From: Nitrospinota bacterium
GTDB lineage: Bacteria; Nitrospinota_A; UBA7883
Reading direction: 5' to 3'
Length of the DNA: 64,000 nt
NCBI GenBank assembly: GCA_965223725.1
Contig: CBDCXE010000006.1
Location: 34,357-98,356 of the forward strand
Shown: positions 1-10,290 of the stretch, piece after piece
How the letters are laid out: every line of letters starts with the position of its first letter
How positions within the stretch are numbered: the first letter of the stretch is position 1
The notes under the pieces: generated by a model
What the model was told of the DNA's origin: nothing
Seen by the model: only the letters and a program-made list of their open reading frames with translations
The model's database searches: none
Program-made: the position numbers and the translations under genes

Positions 1-357
1 GACTAACAGGTTGACCGAGGAGCAGAGGATTCCCTCCAGCTTATAACTAAGGTAAGTGTCCTGTCGCTCGTCTTCAAACCCATGCGCCGCGTGCACCCGC
101 TCCGACTCCACATGGGCCTGGATTTTTTTCCGTGTGTCCATATCTTCCACTATTAAAAAATCCCACGGTTGCATGAAGCCAACCGACGGCGCCTTGTTGG
201 CCGCATCCAGCACCCGCGCCAATGTCTCATCCGGCACTGGCTTGTTTATAAAGCTTCGGATATCCCTTCTTTTTCTGATAGCGTCATAGACACCCTGCCT
301 CGCTTCGGCGCCGAATGAGTGGTCTGGAGCCACTGTTTCTTTTTCTAGACTTTGCAT
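1..357 (-). CDS. bluB: 5,6-dimethylbenzimidazole synthase BluB (N-terminal part; runs off the window edge)
   Basis: Manual translation from ATG at 357 (SD AGGGA upstream): MQSLEKE...VYDAIRKRRDIRSF..PVPDETLARVLDAANKAPSVGFMQPWDFLIV...YLSYKLEGIL. This has the nitroreductase-fold BluB motifs (RRDxRxF, APSVGxxQPW, KLEGI) and lies downstream of a cobalamin riboswitch. Not in the ORF track. Confidence 0.88.
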   Translation of the reverse strand, partial: MQSLEKETVAPDHSFGAEARQGVYDAIRKRRDIRSFINKPVPDETLARVLDAANKAPSVGFMQPWDFLIVEDMDTRKKIQAHVESERVHAAHGFEDERQDTYLSYKLEGILCSSVNLLV

Positions 358-522
358 AGTTCCCTCGACTGATGGCGCACGGCTGGGGAAAGGGCAGAAG
401 GCCCTGATGGAAAACAAGGCATATAACGCTCGTCCAACATTCCGCAGCTCCCGTGCTGATGTTAAAAAATACGCTAAAGGCGCAAAGGCCCAACGCAATC
501 GAGCGCCATCTCCAGGTGGCAT

Positions 523-678
523 CCTGCAGGCAAGTATTCTGGCTCCCAGGTCATTCAAAAAAGTCGCGCCTTCCCGGCTTTTGCCAGTGGCATAATGCGA
601 CTGTAACCCTGGTTACAGCGGCGGGCCCGCGATGGATTCTCACCATCTTCCTTTTCAGCTCTTAAAGCAACCTGCAGG
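523..678 (-). ncRNA. Cobalamin (B12) riboswitch
   Basis: The minus strand reads CAGGTTGC..AAAAGGAAGATGGTGAGAATCCATCGCGGGCCCGCCGCTGTAA...GCCACTGG..CCGGGAAGG...GAGCCAGAATACTTGCCTG. These are the conserved B12-element blocks and B12 box, closed by CCTGCAGG at both ends, in the 5' UTR of bluB. Confidence 0.9.
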
Positions 679-699
679 CCTCAATTCATATAGGGCTAG

Positions 700-728
700 A
701 TTCTACAACAGCGTTCGATAATTTGCAA
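700..728 (-). promoter_or_regulatory. Sigma70-type promoter for riboswitch-bluB
   Basis: TTGCAA-17 nt-TAGAAT on the minus strand, just upstream of the riboswitch. Confidence 0.55.
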
Positions 729-762
729 CAACATGATAATGGAGCAGGTTAATTCAATGAGA

Positions 763-791
763 TTGACGATTAACCTTGCCACAGTTATACT
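763..791 (+). promoter_or_regulatory. Sigma70-type promoter for hflKC
   Basis: TTGACG-17 nt-TATACT. Confidence 0.65.
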
Positions 792-821
792 GAAAAATTA
801 CTTTATTTGGAGAGATTTTTT

Positions 822-1892
822 ATGGACTGGGACGACAGGCCCAGGCGTGGCAGACGAGGCGGCGCTGGCGGGTTCGACAAGATACCGGAGTTTGATATTG
901 GCAAGTTGAGACCACCAGAATTTAAGCCTCGCCATTTGTTGCTGATAATACCCATCATAATCGCCATATGGCTGTTGACCGGGTTATACAAGGTTGAACT
1001 GCAAGAAGAGGCGGTGGCTTTGGCTTTCGGTAAACATATCAAAACATCTCAGCCAGGCTTGCATTGGAACGTACCATCTCCCTTTGGCAAAGTCATTAAA
1101 GTAAAATCCCAAGAAATCAAGCGGGTCGAAATCGGGTTTCGCACCGGGCAGAGCAGGATCTCTCGCAACGAGCTGATGAGAGAGTCGCTGATGCTGACGG
1201 AAGGCGCCAATATGATCGATATACATATGTCGGTTCAGTATCAGGTAAGTGATTCCGCTATGTTCCTTTTTGAAGTTGCTGACACACCTCGCAAGTTGGA
1301 AGGAATCGGCCCGGAAATAACAGTAAAAAATGTAGCTGAAGCAGCCTTGCGGGAAATCGTTGGCAAAAACAATATTGATGAAATATTGACCGTCGGTAAG
1401 GCCCAAGTTCAGCAGGATATACATGACCTGATGCAAACTATCCTGGATCGTTACAACGCGGGTGTTTCTATCCGTCTGGTTCAGTTGCAGGATGTGCACC
1501 CGCCTGATGAGGTTCGTGAAGCGTTTCGCGATGTTAACAACTCGGAAGAAGACAAGAATAGACTGATTCGGGAAGCTGAGGGTTATTACAACTCGATAAT
1601 ACCGGAAACCCGCGGTAGGGCGGCTCAGATAATCGCCAGGGCGGAGGCTTATAAAGAAGAAAAAGTAAAGATCTCTGAAGGTGACGCCAGTCGCTTCCTC
1701 TCCCAGCTAAAAGAATATAAGAACGCTCCGGAAATCACGAAGAAAAGGTTGTATATAGAGGCTATGGAAGAAGTGCTCTCTAAAGTGGACAAGGTGATTA
1801 TTGACAAAAACGTGTCTGGCTCTGTATTACCGCTGCTGCCGCTGGGTAATATGAAACAAACACCCCCTGTACTGCAAGGAGAAGCGAAATGA
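822..1892 (+). CDS. hflK: FtsH protease modulator HflK
   Basis: SPFH domain with N-terminal TM, PGLHW, VxxAFxDV..AEGY; ATG at 822 after GGAG; overlaps hflC (ATGA). Confidence 0.93.
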   Translation: MDWDDRPRRGRRGGAGGFDKIPEFDIGKLRPPEFKPRHLLLIIPIIIAIWLLTGLYKVELQEEAVALAFGKHIKTSQPGLHWNVPSPFGKVIKVKSQEIKRVEIGFRTGQSRISRNELMRESLMLTEGANMIDIHMSVQYQVSDSAMFLFEVADTPRKLEGIGPEITVKNVAEAALREIVGKNNIDEILTVGKAQVQQDIHDLMQTILDRYNAGVSIRLVQLQDVHPPDEVREAFRDVNNSEEDKNRLIREAEGYYNSIIPETRGRAAQIIARAEAYKEEKVKISEGDASRFLSQLKEYKNAPEITKKRLYIEAMEEVLSKVDKVIIDKNVSGSVLPLLPLGNMKQTPPVLQGEAK

Positions 1893-2761
1893 AAAATCTG
1901 AAATCATTTATGACTCCTGTGATTGTCATCGGGGTAATCTTTCTGTTTATTTTGGCGAAGGAAACCTTTTTTATTGTTCAGGAAAATGAGCAGGTTGTTA
2001 TAACCCAGCTGGGAAAGTTCGTCAGGATGATACAAGACCCCGGGTTCCACTATAAAACTCCATTTATTCAGTCCAGTGTTTATTACGACAAGCGTCTATT
2101 GGGCCATGACGTCGAACCGACAGAAATTGTAACCAAGGATAAAAGAACGCTGATTATAGACAACTTCGCGAAGTGGAGGATAACAAACGCGGAGCAGTTT
2201 TTCACCCGGATAAAAACCATAAATGCTGCGAAGGACCGGCTGCGCGACACAATATATTCCGAGTTACGGCAAGACTTTGGCGCTCACGATCTTTTTGAAA
2301 TTGTTTCCACTCAAAGGGCAAAGCTGATGAAGGAAGTAACCGAGCGGGCGAATAAAAAAGTTAAAGAGCTGAACATGGGCGTGGAAATTATTGACGTTCG
2401 TATCAAGCGCGCCGACCTTCCGCCGGAAAACCAGCAAGCCGTATTTGACCGTATGCGCGAAGAACGTAAACGTATCGCAAAGCAGTTCCGCTCTGAAGGC
2501 AAGGAAGAGGCCCAAAAAATAAGGGCCACCACCGACAAGGAAAAAGTAATCTTGCTGGCGGAAGCCACCAAAAAAGAGCAGGAAATACGTGGGCTAGGTG
2601 ATGGCGAAGCGATAAAAATCACCGCCCAGGCGTTTGGCCAGGACGAAGAATTCTATTCGTTTTTAAGGTCACTGGAAGCGTATAAAAAATCGTTGGTGGA
2701 AAAAGGTTTCATTGTGCTTTCTGAAGACTCACCATTTTTAAAGCATCTAGGAGAGCAATAA
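1889..2761 (+). CDS. hflC: FtsH protease modulator HflC
   Basis: SPFH domain, DVRIKRADLP, RMREER..RSEG, EFYSFLRSLEAY. Confidence 0.95.
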   Translation: MKNLKSFMTPVIVIGVIFLFILAKETFFIVQENEQVVITQLGKFVRMIQDPGFHYKTPFIQSSVYYDKRLLGHDVEPTEIVTKDKRTLIIDNFAKWRITNAEQFFTRIKTINAAKDRLRDTIYSELRQDFGAHDLFEIVSTQRAKLMKEVTERANKKVKELNMGVEIIDVRIKRADLPPENQQAVFDRMREERKRIAKQFRSEGKEEAQKIRATTDKEKVILLAEATKKEQEIRGLGDGEAIKITAQAFGQDEEFYSFLRSLEAYKKSLVEKGFIVLSEDSPFLKHLGEQ

Positions 2762-2814
2762 AACGAGCGCAAGCCTGGCTGATTAGCTGAAAAATAATCC
2801 TGAGCGACAACAGT

Positions 2815-3930
2815 ATGAATGTACTGTATATTCTGTTTTCAAAGGGGTGGGGTGGGCTGGAACGCTATGCCATCGGCAAGGCGCAAGCCATGGCCGAGCG
2901 TGGCCACGACATATACTTCCTGCGTCTGAAAAATTCCGAAGTGGCGAAGGCTTTGGATGAAATCAACATGCCGGGCGAGGAATGGGATCCGGTGCGGTAT
3001 GTCGATGTCCGGGCCATTTGGGGTATCCGGTCCCTGGTCAAGCAGATGGGCGTCTCCATTGTCCACACTCACCACTCCGCCGATCTGGGGCTGGCGGCCA
3101 CCGCGCTGTGGCATATGCCCGATGTGAAGCTTCTGTTTTCCAATTATATGCAAGCGCCCGGGTTGAAGCACGATCTGTATCACAGGTTGGAATATTCGCG
3201 GGTGGACAAGATTATTGTCGGCGCCGACAGTATGCGGCAAAATTCCGTTAAGAACCTGCCGATGGAACCAGATAATGTGATCACCATACCATACGGGCTG
3301 GATATGGACAAATTCGACCCGGATAAAAAGCCGAAGGGCGCGTTAAGGAACAAGCATGGGATCGACAACGGAGCCTTGGTGGCTGGTGTGATCAGCCGGC
3401 TTGATCCGCTGAAAGGTCAGATGGAAATGATCGAAGCGGCGCCTGCCATATTCGACCGGTTTCCTGACGCGTACATCATACTGACCGGTGACGAAACACC
3501 GGAGTATAAAGGCCGCTATATGCCCCTTCTGGAAAAGAAGGTGAAGCAGCTGGGGTTTAGGGGGAAGATCATTTTCACTGGCCCGACGGATGATACTGCT
3601 TCCATACTCGCCGACCTGGATGTATACGTTCTGCCTTCCCATTCAGAGACCTTTGCGCTGGGGCTGATCGAAGCGATGGCCATGGGCAAGGCTGTCGTAG
3701 GGACCGATGCCGGCGGCACACCGGATATTCTGGATAACAAAACCTGCGGCCTGCTGGCCCAGCCGAAGAGTCCCAAATCGCTGGCGGAAAAGGTGATCAC
3801 ACTGTTTTCCGACGCCACCTTGCGCAAAACCCTTGGCCAAAACGCCCGGTCGAAGGTTGCGGGTGTCTATGATAGAAAACTTTCCATGGACAAGCTGGAC
3901 GCGCTGTATCAAGAGGTTGCTTCAACCTAG
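2815..3930 (+). CDS. Glycosyltransferase family 4 (GT-B)
   Basis: GGLERY N-terminus; ETFALGLIEAMAMG (Ex7E) motif. Confidence 0.88.
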   Translation: MNVLYILFSKGWGGLERYAIGKAQAMAERGHDIYFLRLKNSEVAKALDEINMPGEEWDPVRYVDVRAIWGIRSLVKQMGVSIVHTHHSADLGLAATALWHMPDVKLLFSNYMQAPGLKHDLYHRLEYSRVDKIIVGADSMRQNSVKNLPMEPDNVITIPYGLDMDKFDPDKKPKGALRNKHGIDNGALVAGVISRLDPLKGQMEMIEAAPAIFDRFPDAYIILTGDETPEYKGRYMPLLEKKVKQLGFRGKIIFTGPTDDTASILADLDVYVLPSHSETFALGLIEAMAMGKAVVGTDAGGTPDILDNKTCGLLAQPKSPKSLAEKVITLFSDATLRKTLGQNARSKVAGVYDRKLSMDKLDALYQEVAST

Positions 3931-4617
3931 CTCGACCGGAATCTCGCCAATAACCGAAGTCGACCGCCGCCCTACCCTGCATCGCACCGCCCGGACATCC
4001 ACCCCCCGCTCCTTGGCCAGCTTCAGCTCTCTGCTAAAAACCGGGTCTGTCCCTGTGTTGGGCATGAACCGGCTGGCGTCGGAGCGCAGGACACAAAACA
4101 GAACCATACAACGGTACCCTTCTTCTGTCAGCTTGCCAAGGGCCGACATGTGCGCAGCGCCTCTGATGGTGGGCGCATCGGAGAACAGGGCAGTATTTTC
4201 CCTGACCAGAGTGACCGATTTTATCTCCACAACCGTTGGCTGTTTTGATCCTCCAGAAAGCAGAAGGTCAAACCTGTGTCGACCTACGCTGTATTCCCTT
4301 TGCACATTTTCGTATCCGGAAAACAGATCAGACTTTCCACCCAGCGCCATCCGCTCGATCAGCCGGTTTGGCGCCATGGAATCGACACACACCCAGCGCC
4401 GGTTATACCAGACCGCCCGGACCGTGTACGCTGTTTTTCTTTGGCTGCCATTTTCCTTCGATAGGATGGCGCGCCTGCCTTCGGTAAACAGCTCGAACAA
4501 CCGGCCGGAGTTGGGGATGTGCGCCTTATGCTCCTTTCCGCCGATTTTTACTATACCCAGGAACCGGTTAAGCTTCTTAACGAAAATAGCGTCGATCGGT
4601 TGATTGCAATAGATCAC
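3922..4617 (-). CDS. sfsA: DNA/RNA nuclease SfsA (sugar fermentation stimulation protein)
   Basis: NRF..AHIPNSGRL, RFDLLL, VEIKSVTL, FSDAPTIRG. Confidence 0.9.
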   Translation of the reverse strand: MIYCNQPIDAIFVKKLNRFLGIVKIGGKEHKAHIPNSGRLFELFTEGRRAILSKENGSQRKTAYTVRAVWYNRRWVCVDSMAPNRLIERMALGGKSDLFSGYENVQREYSVGRHRFDLLLSGGSKQPTVVEIKSVTLVRENTALFSDAPTIRGAAHMSALGKLTEEGYRCMVLFCVLRSDASRFMPNTGTDPVFSRELKLAKERGVDVRAVRCRVGRRSTSVIGEIPVELG

Positions 4618-5816
4618 GTTCTGTAGTCAGCGTTGATTTTAACGTAGTCGTACGACAGGTCACAGGTCCACACTTCCGCGCCCGCCTTCCCGGCGCCCAG
4701 GTCGATATCGATTCTGATATTTCTGTTTTTCAGCTTCGGCGCCAGGCGTTTCTCCCAGTCACCAGCAGCCACGGCGCCGTTTCTGTAAACTGTGATACCG
4801 CCTATTTTCAGGGTGATGCGCTCCGGGTCAATCGGCGCCCCGCAATAGCCAACGGCGCACAATATCCGCCCCCAGTTGGCGTCTTCACCAAACATGGCGG
4901 TTTTCACCAGGCTCGATTTCGCCACCGCCATGGCCGTTTTCTTCGCATCCGTTTCACGCTTTGCGCCTTTGACGGCCACGGTGATAAACTTGGTGGCGCC
5001 CTCGCCATCCATGGCTACTTTCTTCGCCAGGTCAGCGCAGACCTTACAAACATTTTTCACCAGCGCCCGGTAACGCGCGCCGGACGGTTTATCGATCATC
5101 GGCGCGCCTGATGCGCCGTTGGCCAGTATGATCAGCATATCGCTGGTGCTGGTGTCGCCATCCACCGTCACCCGGGCAAACGAAGCGGCGTTGGCCTCCT
5201 TTGTCAGCGCCTTCAGTGCGTTTTTCGATATGGCCGCGTCGGTGGTAACGAAGCAGAGCATCGTCGCCATGTTCGGATGGACCATCCCGGAGCCTTTCGC
5301 GCAACCGCCGACTGTTATTTTCCTTCTGCCCGCCATATAGCTGGCGGACGCTTCCTTGCTCACCAGGTCGGTGGTCATGATTGCCTTGGCCGCCGCCGCG
5401 CCGCCTTTCTCATCGAGGGTTGGCGCCAGCTCGGCAATGCCATTCTCTATCTTCCGTATCGGCAGCGGCTGACCTATCACGCCGGTGGAGGCGACGATCA
5501 TCTGGCCCGCCCGGCAACCGGTCATCTCCGCCGCCTTGACCGCCATCCGCTTCGCGTCTCGCAACGCATTTTCCGTAAGGGTGTTGGAGTTGCCGGAGTT
5601 GGCGACAACACCGCGGATGTATCGTGATCGCAAATGGGACCGTGAAACGACAACCGGCGCCCCCTTCACCCGATTGGTGGTGAACACACCCCACCCGACG
5701 GCTGGCGGGTCCGATACTATCATCGCCAGGTCAGGCTCGTTGACTTTTTTGACGCCGCAATGCAGACCGCCGGCGATGAAACCCTTGGCGGCGGTAACTC
5801 CGCTTCGTTTACCCAT
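4614..5816 (-). CDS. argJ: Bifunctional ornithine acetyltransferase/N-acetylglutamate synthase
   Basis: KGSGMVHPNMATML, VDGDTSTSD, DGEGATK, NADYRT C-terminus. Confidence 0.96.
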   Translation of the reverse strand: MGKRSGVTAAKGFIAGGLHCGVKKVNEPDLAMIVSDPPAVGWGVFTTNRVKGAPVVVSRSHLRSRYIRGVVANSGNSNTLTENALRDAKRMAVKAAEMTGCRAGQMIVASTGVIGQPLPIRKIENGIAELAPTLDEKGGAAAAKAIMTTDLVSKEASASYMAGRRKITVGGCAKGSGMVHPNMATMLCFVTTDAAISKNALKALTKEANAASFARVTVDGDTSTSDMLIILANGASGAPMIDKPSGARYRALVKNVCKVCADLAKKVAMDGEGATKFITVAVKGAKRETDAKKTAMAVAKSSLVKTAMFGEDANWGRILCAVGYCGAPIDPERITLKIGGITVYRNGAVAAGDWEKRLAPKLKNRNIRIDIDLGAGKAGAEVWTCDLSYDYVKINADYRT

Positions 5817-6832
5817 CAGCCCGACAACCCCGCGGCTTCATCGAAGCCGTAACTGATATTGAAACATTGCACAGCCTGACCCGACGCGCCTTTGATTAGG
5901 TTGTCCAACGTGGCGGTGATTATCATCGAGCCGGTTCGCTTATCCACTGCGACGTTGATGAACGCGCCATTATGCCCGGTTGTCCATTTCATATGCGGGT
6001 AAGAGTCGCACACCGTCACAAACCGGCTGTCCCGGTAGAACCCTTGATACAGCTCCTTCGCATTATCTGCGGTTACTTCCTGTTTTGTTTTTATCGTTAT
6101 GGTGCTATAGATCCCTCTGGCCGTCGGCAGCAGATGCGGAATGAACATTACCTTGACCGGCTTTGGCGCCAGGTTCGTAAGCTCCTGCTCGATCTCCGGG
6201 GTGTGGCGATGGTTCGGCGCGCCATAGGCGAAAAAGTTGCCCTCCAGCTCGGCGAACATATAGTCCGGCTCCGTCTTGCGGCCAGCGCCCGATACACCAG
6301 ATACAGAGTTAATTATTATGGAGCCATGGTCCACCCAGTCAACCCCCATCACCGGAGCCAGCGCCAGGATCGCCGATGTTGGATAACAGCCTGGGACCGC
6401 TACAAGGTCCGCCCCCGCGATCTTCCCTTTATACAGCTCCGGCAACCCATAGACCGAGCGTTGCAGGTATTCAGACGCTGTGTGCGGCGTGTTGTACCAT
6501 TCGCTATATACAGCGCTGTCTTTCAGTCGAAAATCGGCCGACAGGTCGAACACCTTTTTGCCCGCTTCTATAAACCGTGGCGCCACGCTCATCGATTCGC
6601 GATGGGGAAGGCACAGAAATATTGCGTCCAGCTGGTCCATGTCCACATCATCATGACTTTCAAAAATCATCGGCGCCGAGTTTGCGAACCGGGGGAACGC
6701 TTCGGCCAGGGCTTTCCCTCTGAACGTATCGGAAGTGATCTGCCGCAGGTTCACCTCTGGATGGTCCAACAACAGGCTGGTCAACTCCACCCCGGTGTAT
6801 CCTGCCGCCCCGATTATTCCTGTGTTTATCAT
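5816..6832 (-). CDS. argC: N-acetyl-gamma-glutamyl-phosphate reductase
   Basis: GAAGYTG, DLSADFRL, PGCYPT, SGVSGAGR, DNLIKGASGQAVQ; start taken at ATG 6832. Confidence 0.96.
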   Translation of the reverse strand: MINTGIIGAAGYTGVELTSLLLDHPEVNLRQITSDTFRGKALAEAFPRFANSAPMIFESHDDVDMDQLDAIFLCLPHRESMSVAPRFIEAGKKVFDLSADFRLKDSAVYSEWYNTPHTASEYLQRSVYGLPELYKGKIAGADLVAVPGCYPTSAILALAPVMGVDWVDHGSIIINSVSGVSGAGRKTEPDYMFAELEGNFFAYGAPNHRHTPEIEQELTNLAPKPVKVMFIPHLLPTARGIYSTITIKTKQEVTADNAKELYQGFYRDSRFVTVCDSYPHMKWTTGHNGAFINVAVDKRTGSMIITATLDNLIKGASGQAVQCFNISYGFDEAAGLSG

Positions 6833-6997
6833 TGTATATGCCAACTCTTAAATGTTTCGTATTTTTCACAATATACAGTAGTCGAGTTTTGCCGATGGGT
6901 CAATCGCCATGGGGTGATGCGCGCCAAGGCAGAACTGTATTGTGAAATTTGTTGAGATAGAAACAGGCCCGGCGCTTTTACGCCTGCCCGAACAGTT

Positions 6998-7399
6998 CTA
7001 ACGTTTGGAGAACTGGAACCTTTTGCGGGCGCCAGGCTGGCCCGGCTTTTTCCGTTCCTTGACCCGCGGGTCCCTGGTGAGGAAGCCGGCTTTTTTGATC
7101 GCCTTGCGCAACTCCGGGTCGTACTCCAGCAAGGCTTTAGATATGCCATGGCGCACCGCGCCCATCTGCCCGCTCAAGCCGCCGCCCCGCACTGTGCATA
7201 CAACGTCGATCTTATCGCCCAGTTCGGCGATCTCCAATGGCCGACGCAGTGTCGCATCGCCGGTGGAGCGTTTGAAATAGTCAGTCGACTTTTTCTTGTT
7301 GACCGTTATATTGCCTTCACCCGATGTGATCCAGACTCTGGCGGTTGCGGTTTTTCTTCTGCCGGTGGCATAGTAGCGGTCATCGCCTTGATGGGCCAT
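6998..7399 (-). CDS. rpsI: 30S ribosomal protein S9
   Basis: [43 protein letters not shown]. Confidence 0.98.
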   Translation of the reverse strand: MAHQGDDRYYATGRRKTATARVWITSGEGNITVNKKKSTDYFKRSTGDATLRRPLEIAELGDKIDVVCTVRGGGLSGQMGAVRHGISKALLEYDPELRKAIKKAGFLTRDPRVKERKKPGQPGARKRFQFSKR

Positions 7400-7852
7400 T
7401 TATGTAATCTCCAATGGTTTGGGCTTTTGCGCCTCATGGGGATGAGCAGGGCCAGAGTATACTTTCAGCTTTTCCATAAGTTGTCGGCTGAGCCGGTTTT
7501 TCGGTAACATCCGCTCCACAGCCTTTCTGATCACCTGATCAGGCTTGCTTTCCAGCATCTCCCGCGCGGTGGCGGATTTCAGGCTGCCGATATAGCCGGA
7601 ATGTCTGTAGTAGATCTTCTGATCGATTTTTCGCCCGGTAAGGCCCACCTTTTCTGCGTTTATAACCACAACAAATGACCCGGTGTCGACATGGGGTGTA
7701 AACACAGCTTTATCCTTGCCGCGCAATGTATTGGCAATTTTCACCGCCATACGGCCAAGGGAGACGCCATCGGCATCCACAATATACCAGGCGCTGTCAC
7801 CGCGTTTATAATCTTCCTGTTTGGCGGAAAATGTCTTTGTTACGTTTTTCAT
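7400..7852 (-). CDS. rplM: 50S ribosomal protein L13
   Basis: [39 protein letters not shown]. Start moved to ATG 7852 because the longer ORF start lies in the promoter. Confidence 0.97.
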   Translation of the reverse strand: MKNVTKTFSAKQEDYKRGDSAWYIVDADGVSLGRMAVKIANTLRGKDKAVFTPHVDTGSFVVVINAEKVGLTGRKIDQKIYYRHSGYIGSLKSATAREMLESKPDQVIRKAVERMLPKNRLSRQLMEKLKVYSGPAHPHEAQKPKPLEIT

Positions 7853-7889
7853 CAATTTGTTGTCTGTTTCCAATAATAGCAAAACGATC

Positions 7890-7918
7890 ATTTTGCGCGT
7901 GTAGCTAACTATTGTCAA
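7890..7918 (-). promoter_or_regulatory. Sigma70 promoter of rplM-rpsI
   Basis: TTGACA-17 nt-CAAAAT. Confidence 0.6.
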
Positions 7919-8024
7919 CTATATTTTTTCGGTTATCATAAACAGCATGTAGGGTTAGTCTCTGTTTGAATAGTATAGATGGTTCGGTTACGATGTCTGT
8001 CAACTGATAAGGTTATATACAAGC

Positions 8025-8720
8025 ATGTCGACTATCGCTGAAAATTTGAGTGAAATAAAGACAAGGGTGGCGCGGGCCGCCGCAAAAGCAGGGCGTAGCG
8101 CCGATGAGATAGAGATCGTGGCCGTCTCGAAAGCGGTTGATGTGGATCAGGCGCTGGCAGCGTTGGAGGCGGGCGCCACAGACCTGGGCGAATCGAGAAT
8201 TCAGGAGGCCAGACGTAAATTCGAATCTATCGGGGGCCAGGCGAAGTGGCACATGATCGGGCCGTTGCAGACAAACAAGGCGAAGTATTGCCCTGGACTG
8301 TTTGCGCTGATTCATTCTGTAGACAGGCTGGAGCTGGTCCGGGAGCTGGCCCACCGGGCGGAACTGACCGGCGTGACGATAGACTGTTTGTTGCAGGTCA
8401 ACCTTTCCGGTGAGGAACAAAAGTCCGGATGCGACCGGGATGAAGCGGTTTCGCTGATCAAGGCCAGCGGCGATGGCGGGCTTGTCCGGTTTTGCGGATT
8501 GATGACTATACCGCCTTACAACGAGGACCCGGAGGCGTCGCGCCCGATCTTCCGCGAGTTGGCAAACCTGAAGATAGAGATAGAAAGACTAGGGCTCGAA
8601 AACTGTTCCATGGATAAAATATCGATGGGTATGACCGGTGATTTTGAAATCGCCATCGAGGAGGGCGCGACGATAGTGCGAATCGGGACAGGAATTTTCG
8701 GCAAAAGGGTATACAATTAG
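8025..8720 (+). CDS. yggS: PLP homeostasis protein (YggS/PLPBP)
   Basis: VAVSK, WHMIGPLQTNK, GLMTIPP, SMGMTGD, VRIGTGIFG. Confidence 0.95.
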   Translation: MSTIAENLSEIKTRVARAAAKAGRSADEIEIVAVSKAVDVDQALAALEAGATDLGESRIQEARRKFESIGGQAKWHMIGPLQTNKAKYCPGLFALIHSVDRLELVRELAHRAELTGVTIDCLLQVNLSGEEQKSGCDRDEAVSLIKASGDGGLVRFCGLMTIPPYNEDPEASRPIFRELANLKIEIERLGLENCSMDKISMGMTGDFEIAIEEGATIVRIGTGIFGKRVYN

Positions 8721-8758
8721 CTATCGGTGAATTACTAAAATATTAAAGGTCAAGTAGT

Positions 8759-9571
8759 ATGATAAAAAGCAAAAGGATCGCTTTTATCGGCGCCGGATTC
8801 ATGGGCGGGGCGCTTATCCGCGGGCTGGTGGAATCGAAAGCTGTAACACCCCGTTATGTGATTGCGTATGACCCAAATGATCAGGCGATAAAACCACTGG
8901 CTGAAGATCTGAAAATCAGAACTGCGGCCGGCAATCTGCAAGCTGTGTCAGACGCCGATATTGTGGTGCTGGCGGTTAAGCCGCAGACACTGGACTCGGT
9001 GCTGAAGATTATCGGCAAAAAACTGGGTAAACGGAAGCTGGTGATCTCTATCGCAGCCGGCGTCAAAATATCAACCCTGGCGAAACGAATGCCGATTGGC
9101 GCGCGCATCATCCGCGCCATGCCGAACATGGCCGCCTCTGTGGGCCAAGCGGCGACTGCGCTGTGCGCCGGGCCGAAGGTGAAAAAAGACGACATACTCA
9201 TGGCGCGGCAGATTTTCGACGCAGTGGGCGAGTCTGTGGTGGTGGAAGAAGAATTGATGGACGCGGTGACCGGATTGTCCGGCTCTGGCCCGGCGTTTGT
9301 ATATCTGTTTCTGGAAGCGATGATAGACGCAGGAGTGCAATGTGGGCTGACGAGGGATGTGGCCACCGAGCTGGCGGGGCAGACTTTGTATGGCGCTTCG
9401 TTGGTCACACGCAAATCGGGCGAGCATCCGGCGCTGTTGAAAGATATGATCACATCACCCGGTGGCACCACCATAGCCGGGCTGGCCTCGTTGGAAGGAG
9501 ACCGGTTCCGGGGCGCGGTGATCAAGGCGGTGGAAGCGGCGAAAAAACGATCGGAAGAGCTGGGTGATTAA
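8759..9571 (+). CDS. proC: Pyrroline-5-carboxylate reductase
   Basis: FIGAGFMG, RAMPN, SGSGPA, SPGGTT. Confidence 0.96.
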   Translation: MIKSKRIAFIGAGFMGGALIRGLVESKAVTPRYVIAYDPNDQAIKPLAEDLKIRTAAGNLQAVSDADIVVLAVKPQTLDSVLKIIGKKLGKRKLVISIAAGVKISTLAKRMPIGARIIRAMPNMAASVGQAATALCAGPKVKKDDILMARQIFDAVGESVVVEEELMDAVTGLSGSGPAFVYLFLEAMIDAGVQCGLTRDVATELAGQTLYGASLVTRKSGEHPALLKDMITSPGGTTIAGLASLEGDRFRGAVIKAVEAAKKRSEELGD

Positions 9572-9596
9572 CATCGATTTTATAGGGAAACGATAA

Positions 9597-9905
9597 ATGT
9601 TCATATTGGGTAACTTTCTGATAGCATTCGCGCAGGTTCTTAATATAGCGCTCACCATTTATTTGTGGGTGGTGATTATCCGGGCGCTGATCTCGTGGGT
9701 CAACCCGGACCCATACAATCCCATCGTTCGGTTCCTGCACTCTGTCACCGACCCGGTGTTATACCCGATCCAGCGCGCCATCCCACCCGCCGGCGGTATC
9801 GACTTTTCACCTATCATCCTCATATTGGGTATATACTTTCTGCAATATTTTCTGGTGCGCACATTGATACAGATAGGCCAGTCTCTGCATGGCTCTGCTA
9901 TGTGA
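9597..9905 (+). CDS. yggT: YggT family membrane protein
   Basis: SWVNPDPYNPIV..TDP...GIDFSP; canonical yggS-proC-yggT-yggU context. Confidence 0.92.
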   Translation: MFILGNFLIAFAQVLNIALTIYLWVVIIRALISWVNPDPYNPIVRFLHSVTDPVLYPIQRAIPPAGGIDFSPIILILGIYFLQYFLVRTLIQIGQSLHGSAM

Positions 9906-10236
9906 CATGCCAGGTCGATCGTTGGATGGGTCCGGGCTGGATATTTCCATAGATAAAAAAGGCGCTGTCGCTTTTGCCGTCCGCGCCGTACCGAGGGCGT
10001 CTGGCAGTGAAGTGATCGGTATACACGAAGGTGCCTTGAAAGTGCGCCTCGGCTCCCCTCCGGTGGATGGCGCTGCTAACAAAGAGCTGATAGCATGCCT
10101 CTCAAAATTTTTCAAAGTTTCAAAATCCTCAATCAGCATCGTAAGTGGTCAATTATCCAGAAATAAAAGGGTCTCGATGGCAGGAATTACTCCGGAAAAA
10201 GTTATGGCAACAGCCGATAAGTTGAGCAAACGGTGA
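9889..10236 (+). CDS. yggU: DUF167/YggU family protein
   Basis: VPRAS, LKVRL.SPPVDGAANKEL, G..SRNK; start uncertain. Confidence 0.88.
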   Translation: MALLCDMPGRSLDGSGLDISIDKKGAVAFAVRAVPRASGSEVIGIHEGALKVRLGSPPVDGAANKELIACLSKFFKVSKSSISIVSGQLSRNKRVSMAGITPEKVMATADKLSKR

Positions 10237-10290
10237 GTCTGCCTGTATGATATATTGCAGGTTGATATAAAATTGTATGGAGAGTTTTTG

